Shown piece by piece: positions 18,253 through 26,299 of a stretch of 64,000 bases of DNA. Source of the stretch: Akkermansia muciniphila (GTDB taxonomy: Bacteria; Verrucomicrobiota; Verrucomicrobiia; Verrucomicrobiales; Akkermansiaceae). Position numbers and translations under genes: made by a program. Below the pieces are notes generated by a model, which searched no databases, was not told where the DNA came from, and was given only the letters and a program-made list of their open reading frames with translations. Each line of letters begins with the position of its first letter. Within the stretch, counting starts at the first letter, position 1. Location: assembly GCA_945890645.1 (NCBI GenBank), contig CAMDCV010000016.1, positions 19,028-83,027 on the forward strand, read 5' to 3'.

Positions 18253-18376
18253 GGATTACAAATCCCTTCTCCATATTCCACGCAGTCACCCCCGCGATCC
18301 ACTTGCGCGGGGTCTTGGCATGGTCTATGCTCGACTTAAGCCCAACGCTTTCGCAACGCACCACACAAAATCATCC

Positions 18377-19564
18377 ATGCAAACCATTCACAAAAAACAC
18401 ACCACACTTCGTACCGCCTTTCCTGCATGGATTCCCCGATCGATTGCACTGGTTGCAGCAATTTCCTGTCTCAGTGCAGCGGACGCCGTGTATGAAGTGA
18501 AGCCCTTGTCTGCCGAGCTCGCCAAGGAATACGACCTCGACCCCGCGTTCTACAAAAAAGGCACCTTCGCGCAAGGCATTCTCATCGCCACTTCCGAAAA
18601 GGTATCCGATGTCGCCCACCTCGAAGCGGCGTATCAGTTCGACCAAGTCATGAACTGTCTCAAGCCGGAAATCGCCCAACGCATCCGCGATAAAAAAGTG
18701 CTCTGCACCATCGTTGGCCACTCTGAAATGGTCTCCGACATGCCGCAATTTCCCTCCGACAAAACCGGCAAGGAACTCGATTACTACAACTGGCGCAGTC
18801 GCGGATTTCTCACCAAAATCAAAGACCGTTCGACCTTTCTCTTCGCGGAAGAAGATGTCATGGAATACGAGGGCGGCATGCAAAATGAAAGCATCCTCAT
18901 CCACGAGTTCGGCCACGTCATCGATGGCGCGGGCTTTGATGAGGCTCTCAGAGAACGCCATAAAGCCGCCTTCAAGAACGCCAAGGAAAAAGGTATCTAC
19001 AACGATGGCTATGCCGCCCAAAAATTCCGCCGTGTCAGCAGTGCGACCCCGGTGAGCTTGCTCGATGCCCTAGAAAAATCCTTCCCCGATCAAAAGCGCG
19101 ACTTCCTCCAAAAATGCCTCGATGCCGGCGACATCCTCGTCAACGGCAAGCCCACCACCGGCGATGTGAAGGTCACCAAGGAAGACAAAGTCCTCATCGT
19201 CTTCGGCGGTCCCAAGCAATGCTACGCGGCGCTCAACAAAGCCGAATACTGGGCCGAGGGCGTACAAGCATGGTTCGATACCAACCGCACCATGGACCAC
19301 GATCACAATCACATCCACACCCGCGACCAATTGAAAGAATACGACCCCGTGATGTATCAACTCTGCCAAGACGTTTTCGGCGATTCCACATGGCGCTTCG
19401 TCTCACCCCGCACCCGCGCCGGCACAGGTCATCTCAAGGGCTATGATCCCACCACCGCCCCCAAAGTCGTGGACCTACCCCATATCGATCAAGCCGCCCA
19501 AGACTACTACGACACCTACTGGAAAGAGTACTGGAAACGCCTGCAGGAGAAACATGCAAAATAA
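18377..19564 (+). CDS. secreted protein with HExxH zinc-metalloprotease-like motif
   Basis: Signal peptide after ATG 18377 (IALVAAISCLSAADA). Motif ILIHEFGHVIDG. No further family assignment is possible by eye. Confidence 0.65.
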   Translation: MQTIHKKHTTLRTAFPAWIPRSIALVAAISCLSAADAVYEVKPLSAELAKEYDLDPAFYKKGTFAQGILIATSEKVSDVAHLEAAYQFDQVMNCLKPEIAQRIRDKKVLCTIVGHSEMVSDMPQFPSDKTGKELDYYNWRSRGFLTKIKDRSTFLFAEEDVMEYEGGMQNESILIHEFGHVIDGAGFDEALRERHKAAFKNAKEKGIYNDGYAAQKFRRVSSATPVSLLDALEKSFPDQKRDFLQKCLDAGDILVNGKPTTGDVKVTKEDKVLIVFGGPKQCYAALNKAEYWAEGVQAWFDTNRTMDHDHNHIHTRDQLKEYDPVMYQLCQDVFGDSTWRFVSPRTRAGTGHLKGYDPTTAPKVVDLPHIDQAAQDYYDTYWKEYWKRLQEKHAK

Positions 19565-19603
19565 AGGCTGCTTGGTCAATAGCGTGCCGAGATAAGCCAA
19601 GTT

Positions 19604-19737
19604 CCATGTAAGGACTAAGTCTTAAAACTACGGCAACGCCGTTACATCATATAGCCCGGGGTTGCGGCGCTTCGACGCTACCCCGGGTATGCCACACCCC
19701 CAAAATTGATTCCGCCGCCCCGCGTAGCGGGGCATGG
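19604..19737 (-). repeat. structured ~135-nt repeat element, copy 1 (candidate sRNA or REP/MITE-like element)
   Basis: Closing helix CCATG (19604-19608) / CATGG (19733-19737). The three hairpins are ACGGC-aac-GCCGT (19630-19642), CCCGGGGT...ACCCCGGG (19655-19687) and GCCCCGC-gta-GCGGGGC (19717-19733). It is collinear with the reverse complement of 47090-47230. Confidence 0.6.
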
Positions 19738-19797
19738 CGCACCTTGATGGGTCGGCAGTAGCAGCCTGAATCAAGTTCTACTCCGTGGTTTCTCTTT

Positions 19798-20247
19798 TCA
19801 GTTCTTCAATCTGGCGGCCATGGATCGAACCTCTTTATCAATCACCTCGATTACTTTGGAAATTTCCTCGATTTGAGATTCGGGCGGGAGATCGGCCGAA
19901 ATGGTTTCAATCCGCTTGAGAAACAGGCGGCTGTAGTTTTCGATGCAGGGCATGCAAGTAAAATGAAAATCGACACCTCGCACCTTCTTTTCCCATACTT
20001 GGTTGATTCCTCCGCTCACCGCGGGCGCTCCGCAATAGTAGCATGTTGCGTCACGAAGGTCAGGAATCGAAATCGCATTGCTCTTGTTCCACTTCTTGGC
20101 ACATTCATCGCATAATTCCAAGTGCTCCTTCATGCCATCATTGAAATGGCAAATATGGTGAGTCGCCTGTTCTTTCAGACACCGTGAGCAGGCATGGCCC
20201 GATCCGCCTAATTCTCGTTGTGACTCCATCATAATATTGCAGAACAT
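19798..20247 (-). CDS. hypothetical Cys-rich (double zinc-ribbon-like) protein
   Basis: Four CxxC pairs: CSRC, CDEC, CYYC and CMPC. The C-terminus is helical and charged. GC content is lower than in neighbouring genes. Confidence 0.55.
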   Translation of the reverse strand: MFCNIMMESQRELGGSGHACSRCLKEQATHHICHFNDGMKEHLELCDECAKKWNKSNAISIPDLRDATCYYCGAPAVSGGINQVWEKKVRGVDFHFTCMPCIENYSRLFLKRIETISADLPPESQIEEISKVIEVIDKEVRSMAARLKN

Positions 20248-20464
20248 TTTTTATTAGTAGGATCCCACATCGTAACATCAGGTGGATACAACAACCCTAG
20301 CAAACTCAAAATTCTTTATGATGGCAAGGTTTTTTGAGATGAGTGTGTCGAGTAAAAAGGATGCGCCTCATGCGATTGGGGGCAGTTCCTTTTCAGATAT
20401 AACGACAATTGGTAAGAGTTCAAAGCAGGGAGTTGCTATGGATAAGCGATTAAAAATCTTCCCC

Positions 20465-21589
20465 TTAATGCCCATCGCCCCATTCGACTACGATCTGAAA
20501 CCATACGCTGTTTTCGACTTCGCCGCCGGGGAGGAAATCGGCATCGTATTGGAGACGTAGTGTGTTGTGGGTGTGATTCCAGCAATACAAGTGGCTGACA
20601 TTGGTGGAAAATCGAGTGCGCTCGTCGAGGCCGGCCATTTCCTCGCCCGAGAGCCACTCAATTCGATTGTTCCATTGCCAGTCCTCGGCGAAATCATACG
20701 CGAGCGAGAGACTCAGTGCGGTTTCATCGAACGACACTTTTTGATCATCGTCCTCGTTGATGGCATCGACATTGCGATAGCTGACCTCGGCGGCGAGGGT
20801 GGCGGCTTTTCCGGCGATGCGCAGGCGACGCTCGATATCGGCACCTACGATGAACGTAGTACGTTCCCAATGGTTTTCACCGACAATGCCCGATACCCCC
20901 ACTTGCCAGGGGCGAAACTCCGATTGCCAACGGGCTTGCAGGATATTTCCCTTCAGCAAGGCTTCCTCGGCGTGCAAGGGATGGTCATCGTGTTCTTCTT
21001 CATCGTGACTGTGTTCATGAGCATAGACCGATCCGAGACCCAGCGTGAGTGCCTGTTGATTCTCGCTACCCCAAGTATTAGTGAAGCTCACGCAATTCAT
21101 GATCAGACCGTCTTCCCCGAGAAAGCGAGTGGTGGCCAGCGAGGCCTGGACGAAATCGCGGGCATGAACGTGCAGGTAATTTTCCCGACCAAAGGCGGGC
21201 AACTGCATGCCGCTTCGAATCGTGAGCGAGGGGAGAATGCGGAAATCCATATACGCTTCTTCCCAATGCCCGTCCCAAGCTTCCTCGCGATCCCACTGCA
21301 GATTGTAGATCGCGAAAATCGTGAAATCATCGCCCACGTCCAGTGCCCCGCCGACCTCGAATGCTTGCAAGTTAAAGCCATCGTAGTGCGGGTCGTGATG
21401 TCCACTCTCGGCTAAAAAATCGGCATCGCCGGTGCTGCCACCCAGCGCCAGAGCGGTGCTCAAATGGGGAGAAAACCGCACGCCATTTTCGGCAGAGTGA
21501 TTATCGTGTTCGCTCTCGCTGTGCGAGTGAACTTCCGCCATTCCTGTGAGGGAAAGAGCCAACAGGGTGCTAACGATTCGAATTGCCAT
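20465..21589 (-). CDS. putative outer-membrane beta-barrel protein with His/Asp/Glu-rich segments
   Basis: Signal peptide IVSTLLALSLTGMA. Alternating amphipathic strands run throughout. His-rich tracts are HSHSESEHDNH and HEHSHDEEEHDDHPLH, and the protein ends WGDGH. The porin call is inference. Confidence 0.55.
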   Translation of the reverse strand: MAIRIVSTLLALSLTGMAEVHSHSESEHDNHSAENGVRFSPHLSTALALGGSTGDADFLAESGHHDPHYDGFNLQAFEVGGALDVGDDFTIFAIYNLQWDREEAWDGHWEEAYMDFRILPSLTIRSGMQLPAFGRENYLHVHARDFVQASLATTRFLGEDGLIMNCVSFTNTWGSENQQALTLGLGSVYAHEHSHDEEEHDDHPLHAEEALLKGNILQARWQSEFRPWQVGVSGIVGENHWERTTFIVGADIERRLRIAGKAATLAAEVSYRNVDAINEDDDQKVSFDETALSLSLAYDFAEDWQWNNRIEWLSGEEMAGLDERTRFSTNVSHLYCWNHTHNTLRLQYDADFLPGGEVENSVWFQIVVEWGDGH

Positions 21590-21646
21590 GCGCCCAAAAT
21601 GAATAAACGCATAAAAAGTGCAATAACAGATTTGCTGTGTTAGCGA

Positions 21647-22036
21647 TTATTTTTGTGGTATCGGCAGGACTTCGGCGATTTCGAAGTCGATGATGCAAAA
21701 GCGTCCGAGTTGGGGCGAGTAGGTGATGTTGCGTGCTTCGGCATCGCCATGGCGCACGCCGTAGTCGCGCTCGAGTTCCGCAAATAGTTCCGCTGCGCGC
21801 GCTTGGGAAATGTCCGGCACGGGGCTGCCGCAGTTCGTGCTGACGAAATACAATTCCTCGGGATGTTCTTCGACCAAATGCGGGGTGTAAGGGCAGCCGC
21901 GTTCATCAAGCACTTTCAGCACCGCCACTTCTGTCGCATAGCGTTTGTCGGCATCGGTGCCGCGGAATTTTTTGTGCACTCGTCCGTTCCAGTCGATGCG
22001 CACATGGGCGCGGATGCCGTCTTTGAGGTCACGCAT
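21647..22036 (-). CDS. 129-aa protein with protein-kinase-like catalytic motifs (mini kinase fold?)
   Basis: VHKKF (candidate beta3 Lys), EVAVLKVL (candidate alphaC Glu), HGDAEARNI (HxDxxxxN catalytic loop) and IIDFE (DFG-equivalent). It starts 10 nt after the mgtE stop. Confidence 0.5.
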   Translation of the reverse strand: MRDLKDGIRAHVRIDWNGRVHKKFRGTDADKRYATEVAVLKVLDERGCPYTPHLVEEHPEELYFVSTNCGSPVPDISQARAAELFAELERDYGVRHGDAEARNITYSPQLGRFCIIDFEIAEVLPIPQK

Positions 22037-22045
22037 AATATTTTG

Positions 22046-23455
22046 TTAGAGAGTAAGAATGAATTTGGCGGCGGTGAAATAAATCAACATGCCAGTGACG
22101 TCCACGGTGGAAGCGAGGGAAGGCGAGGAAACCACCGCGGGGTCGAGTCGGATTGCCCGCGCTCCGATAGGGAGCAACGCGCCGAGTAAGGTGGAGGAAA
22201 AAACTTGGAGTAGCAAAGAACCACTGACGGTGATCGCCAATCGCGCGTAGGTGATGTCACTCTGCGACTGGATGAAGGGCAAGAGGAAATAGATGAATAG
22301 CCCCATCGCGAGGCCAAGCGTCGCGCCTAACATCAAACCAGTGCGGATTTCTTTCCAGGCGATGCGCAAGGCCATCCCGGCACTGACTTCGCCTAACGAC
22401 ATCGCACGAATGACCATGGTCGCGGCTTGACCACCGGAGTTGCCACCGGCGGCCACTACCATGGGCAAGAATAAACTGAGAACGAAGGCTTGATTCAATA
22501 CCTCGCTGAAACGGAACATGACGTAACCAGAAAAAATCGACACAAAGGCCAACACCACGAGCCAGATCACCCGACGGCGGAAGTGGCTGTTTACGGACGT
22601 ATTGAGATAGCTCAACTCCGATTGCTCACCACCGATGGCGGCGAGTTTCTCGATATCTTCTGTGGATTCTTCTTGCAGAATTTCCATCGCATCGTCGTAA
22701 GTGATCACACCTAACAAATGATCGAATTCATCGACCACAGGCAAGACGATCAAGTCATATTTCGATAAGATGCGCGCGGCAGTTTCTTGGTCAGTGGTGG
22801 CTAAGACGCGTTCATCGGCATCTTCCATGATGTCGTGAATCATCGTGGGCCATGGATGAAAGGCGAGGTCGCGCAAACGCACTTTACCCACCAAACGACC
22901 TTGTTCATCGACCACAAAAATCCGCGATAAAGTCTCCGCCGAATCTTTATCCCGACGCAGCACGGTGATCGCCTGCTTCACGGTCATGTCCGCTGTGATG
23001 CGACCGATCGAGGTGGTCATGCGGCCACCGGCGGTATCTTCGTCGTACTTGAGCAGGTTGCGCGTCAGTTGTTCATCGTGCGGGCCGAGCAGAGAAAAAA
23101 AGCGTCGTTGATTTTCCTGCGAAACGATTTGGAAAATGTCCACGCGGTCGTCATCGGATAGATTGCCGAGGATGATGCGCAGCTGCGCTGGTTTGAAATG
23201 CGAGAGAGCTTCCTCGATCAGTGTCCACGGCAGTTCGCCGATGAGATCGGTCGCCAATTCCGGGCCTATGGTCTTGAGGAGGAAGTCGCGTTCCTCGTCA
23301 TCGTAGTTTTCGTATTCGTGGGCCAGGTCGGCGTAGTGGATTTCACCGGCCGCCGCGAGCAAGGCAGAGCCATCGCCCGCTTCGATCGCAGCGCGCAGCT
23401 TCTCCAGGTCCGTCAGCTCCATTTCCTCCGCCACGGCGCAGAGCATGCGCCCCAC
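22046..23455 (-). CDS. mgtE: magnesium transporter MgtE
   Basis: MgtE N-domain, tandem CBS region (VVDEQGRLVGKVRLRDL, VVDEFDHLLGVITYDD), and a TM domain with PMVVAAGGNSGGQAATMVIRA. Confidence 0.92.
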   Translation of the reverse strand: MGRMLCAVAEEMELTDLEKLRAAIEAGDGSALLAAAGEIHYADLAHEYENYDDEERDFLLKTIGPELATDLIGELPWTLIEEALSHFKPAQLRIILGNLSDDDRVDIFQIVSQENQRRFFSLLGPHDEQLTRNLLKYDEDTAGGRMTTSIGRITADMTVKQAITVLRRDKDSAETLSRIFVVDEQGRLVGKVRLRDLAFHPWPTMIHDIMEDADERVLATTDQETAARILSKYDLIVLPVVDEFDHLLGVITYDDAMEILQEESTEDIEKLAAIGGEQSELSYLNTSVNSHFRRRVIWLVVLAFVSIFSGYVMFRFSEVLNQAFVLSLFLPMVVAAGGNSGGQAATMVIRAMSLGEVSAGMALRIAWKEIRTGLMLGATLGLAMGLFIYFLLPFIQSQSDITYARLAITVSGSLLLQVFSSTLLGALLPIGARAIRLDPAVVSSPSLASTVDVTGMLIYFTAAKFILTL

Positions 23456-23524
23456 GGTGCGCTACGGCAAGGGCAAATCACGGGAAGAGCGGGGAGAGCC
23501 GGCGTCTCGGCGGCTTGGGGCTAG

Positions 23525-26179
23525 TTACTGCGGTATGGCGCGGATGGTTTGGTAGGCTTCTAGGAGAGGGCGACCGGGGGCTTCGGTGAAGTAGTTTCCG
23601 GCGCTATCGATACGCACGTAGTAGAGGCGGTTGATGGCTTTGTCTGGTGTGGCGAAGTCGGGCAGCTTGAGGTGGATGGACTTGCGGTCAGCGGCGATGA
23701 CTATGCTTTCAATAACGTTGGTGGCTTTCTCGTTTTCGCGGGAACCGTAGGTCATGGCATCGGTGTAGGTCCAAGAATCGACCTTGCATTTTTCCTTGAG
23801 CTGTTCGGCGGTGACTTCTGGACGAAGTGGCTGGGTGAAGCTGATGTGGAGGCCATCGGTTTCGGTCCGCAGCGAGTGGATTTCAGCGGCGATGGTTTTG
23901 CCATCCCAGACGACACGTTGGAGGGCGGCTTCGTTGCCTCCTTTGGCACGCCAGCCGCGACCAGTTTGGCCGAGGAGTAGCGAACCGTCTTCGAGGAAGA
24001 GCGGACGCATAATGCCCGAGGCGAAGCCAGTGCCGAACATCATCATCGCGCCTTGATCAGTGACGCCGACTTTTTCGGTTTGCACGCGAACGAGAGTGGA
24101 GAGAGTTTGATCACCGACGAACATTTGTTTGCCGTAGGGGCCAAATTTTCCGCCGCTGAGATCCCATGCGGGGTTGCCTGGGGAGTTGGCGTATTTGCTG
24201 TGCGGGAACCAGAGCGCACCGAGATACATCTTGGGCTTCCAATTTTCAAAGAGGATCTCCGGCGAGCCTGGCTTCATGCCGGGCAAAGAAACGAGGCCGG
24301 AGGGATGACCGTAGAACTGACCTTTGATGAGGTAGGAGATTTTCGAGGAGCCGAAGTACTCGCCTTGGTTATCGAGATAGACGATGCGGCCATCGGGATC
24401 GGTGCCAAGGCCTGCGGGACTGCGCAGACCAGAAGCGTAGGGTTCGAACACGCCCTCGGGTGTGACGCGGCAAGCCCAGCCACGGAAGCCGCCCATGCTG
24501 CCCATGAAGTTGCCACCGGCTTTATAGGAGGCGCGTTCGTTTTTGCCTTGGTTGTGGTTGAGGTTGAGGGCGAAGTAATAGTTGCCTTCTTTATCGCGCA
24601 CGGGGCCGTGGGTGTATTCGTGGTAGTTGCCGTAGAAGCCGTAATCATCGCAGACGGTTTCATAGCTATCGGCGAGTCCGTCTTTGTTGGTGTCGCTGAT
24701 GCGGGTCAGTTCGGGCTTTTGCGCGATTACGATGACATCACCTTTGTCGTCCTCGATGACGATGCCGAGGCATTCGTACGAGTGCTCGACGAAGAGATGC
24801 CATTGTTTATTTTTCAGACGCCAGATGCCAGCGGCGCGCGTGCCGACGACGAGTGTGCCGTCTTTCGCGAGGGCGAGTGCGGTGGGCTCGAACAACAACG
24901 GGCGACCGAAGGTGTCGAGTGGTGCTTGCCAATTTTCCACGCTGTAGCCTGGGGGCAGAACGGCAGTTCCGGGGCTAGCGACGAGGGCTTGTGGAGCAAA
25001 ATTTTCTTCGCGAGAGAGAGTCTGACGAGCGGGTGGGGTACCACCGAGTTTGGCCTTGAGGCGATAGGTTTTTTCGGGGCCAGCAGGGAGAGTCCAGATC
25101 TCTTTACTAAGAGCGCCGCCATCAACGTTGATGCCGCTCCATTGATCGGCACGTATGCGGAATTTTTGTTCGGTGCTGAGGGTGGCGGTGATATCAAAAA
25201 CGATCTCGCCGCCAGCGGTGAAGGTAATTTTTTGGAGGAAAGAATTTTTTTCAACGCGGAAGTTAAAAACCGGTGTGCCATCGGCTTCGATTTTGTAGCC
25301 GTTGAAGGCTGTGTCCCATGAAGCGAGTTCTTTCATGTAGTCGCCACCTTTCCAGAGGTGTTTTTCGACGGCGGCATCGTCCGCTACGTCGGGCTGCTTG
25401 AACTCAAGATCGATCGGGCGGCCATCGGCCATGAGAGGCACGAGCGAGGGCACGGCACTGAGCACGGTCGTAGCGCCTACGCCGCGATCGGATCCGGGAG
25501 TGCTGCGGCCGACGCGTTCTTTTTTCAAATTCAAAAATCCACCACTCCAGACACCGCGCACGGAGAGGAAGCGAGGATCGAAGCTGTAGTTGTAACCGAG
25601 TGGCGTGCCGACATGGATGGCGCGACCGCTGGCTTCGAGCACAGGTGCGCGGAAGACGCGGGTGCGCTTGCCGACGACCACTTCGTTCGGGTCATCAAGG
25701 GGATTGGTGAATGTCTCCGTCTTAGGAGCTAAGCCGAGGACGGTGGCGGGGCCGTTTTTTCCTGGATCGGCCGCATTGTGGAGGTAGTGCCAAATCATTT
25801 TCAGATCCGTATCGCTAACGGCGGTCACGGGATAGGCGGGCATGATAGCCGGATAGGCTGTGCCTTTGGTGGGGCCGGATTCATGGATCGCCATGTGAGC
25901 GACTGGTTCGCGCACCGAACGGGTCAAATACGCTTCATCGGCTTTCACCGTGGTGGTTTTTCCGGTGGCATCGGCGACGTTGCGTTCGCGCGGGGTGAGT
26001 TGGAAAAGATTGTAGAGACTGGGGCCGGTTTTGATCGAGGTATCGTCCTTCACGCTGACGTGGCATTCCGAGCAGCCCCAAAGTTGAAATTTTTCTTTGC
26101 CCTTGGCGACGTAGTCGATTTCCTCAGCGACGAGGGAATGGGAAAGCAATGCGGCGGAAATGATGCAAGTGATTTTCAT
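23525..26179 (-). CDS. large secreted protein: N-terminal c-type cytochrome domain plus beta-propeller-like (sugar dehydrogenase-like) region
   Basis: Heme motif GCSECHV shortly after the signal peptide MKITCIISAALLSHSLVA (ATG 26179; the track TTG 26290 adds 37 aa with no signal peptide). Repeated segments such as DGTLVVGTRAAGIWRL and GLGTDPDGRIVYLDNQGEY are propeller-like. Confidence 0.8.
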   Translation of the reverse strand: MKITCIISAALLSHSLVAEEIDYVAKGKEKFQLWGCSECHVSVKDDTSIKTGPSLYNLFQLTPRERNVADATGKTTTVKADEAYLTRSVREPVAHMAIHESGPTKGTAYPAIMPAYPVTAVSDTDLKMIWHYLHNAADPGKNGPATVLGLAPKTETFTNPLDDPNEVVVGKRTRVFRAPVLEASGRAIHVGTPLGYNYSFDPRFLSVRGVWSGGFLNLKKERVGRSTPGSDRGVGATTVLSAVPSLVPLMADGRPIDLEFKQPDVADDAAVEKHLWKGGDYMKELASWDTAFNGYKIEADGTPVFNFRVEKNSFLQKITFTAGGEIVFDITATLSTEQKFRIRADQWSGINVDGGALSKEIWTLPAGPEKTYRLKAKLGGTPPARQTLSREENFAPQALVASPGTAVLPPGYSVENWQAPLDTFGRPLLFEPTALALAKDGTLVVGTRAAGIWRLKNKQWHLFVEHSYECLGIVIEDDKGDVIVIAQKPELTRISDTNKDGLADSYETVCDDYGFYGNYHEYTHGPVRDKEGNYYFALNLNHNQGKNERASYKAGGNFMGSMGGFRGWACRVTPEGVFEPYASGLRSPAGLGTDPDGRIVYLDNQGEYFGSSKISYLIKGQFYGHPSGLVSLPGMKPGSPEILFENWKPKMYLGALWFPHSKYANSPGNPAWDLSGGKFGPYGKQMFVGDQTLSTLVRVQTEKVGVTDQGAMMMFGTGFASGIMRPLFLEDGSLLLGQTGRGWRAKGGNEAALQRVVWDGKTIAAEIHSLRTETDGLHISFTQPLRPEVTAEQLKEKCKVDSWTYTDAMTYGSRENEKATNVIESIVIAADRKSIHLKLPDFATPDKAINRLYYVRIDSAGNYFTEAPGRPLLEAYQTIRAIPQ

Positions 26180-26299
26180 CGGCGAGAAGTTGACAGTGTA
26201 TAGGATGGCGGTCAAAGATAATCCTTGGCGGGATGAGGAATCTTCAACACGATGCGTTGAGGATACGCACAATCCGTACAAATTTTTCAACGACTTGCC

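Noticed and set aside
19566-19768. 8-bp inverted repeat AGGCTGCT/AGCAGCCT bracketing copy 1 of the structured element (possible MITE termini)
   Set aside because: It is too short to be significant, and no equivalent inverted repeat brackets copy 2.
20567-21415. 282-aa ORF on the plus strand, and the 92-aa ORF at 20282..20560
   Set aside because: Both are antisense to, or overlap, the His-rich barrel gene. They have no start context or motif.
23456-23524. Possible Mg2+ (M-box) riboswitch upstream of mgtE
   Set aside because: Only ~70 nt separate mgtE from the upstream gene, far less than an M-box (~160-170 nt). No conserved M-box segments were seen.
24053-25321. 422-aa ORF on the plus strand
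   Set aside because: It is antisense to the cytochrome-c/propeller gene. The composition is Gly/Ala/Val/Phe-rich and low-complexity with no motif. It is a shadow ORF.
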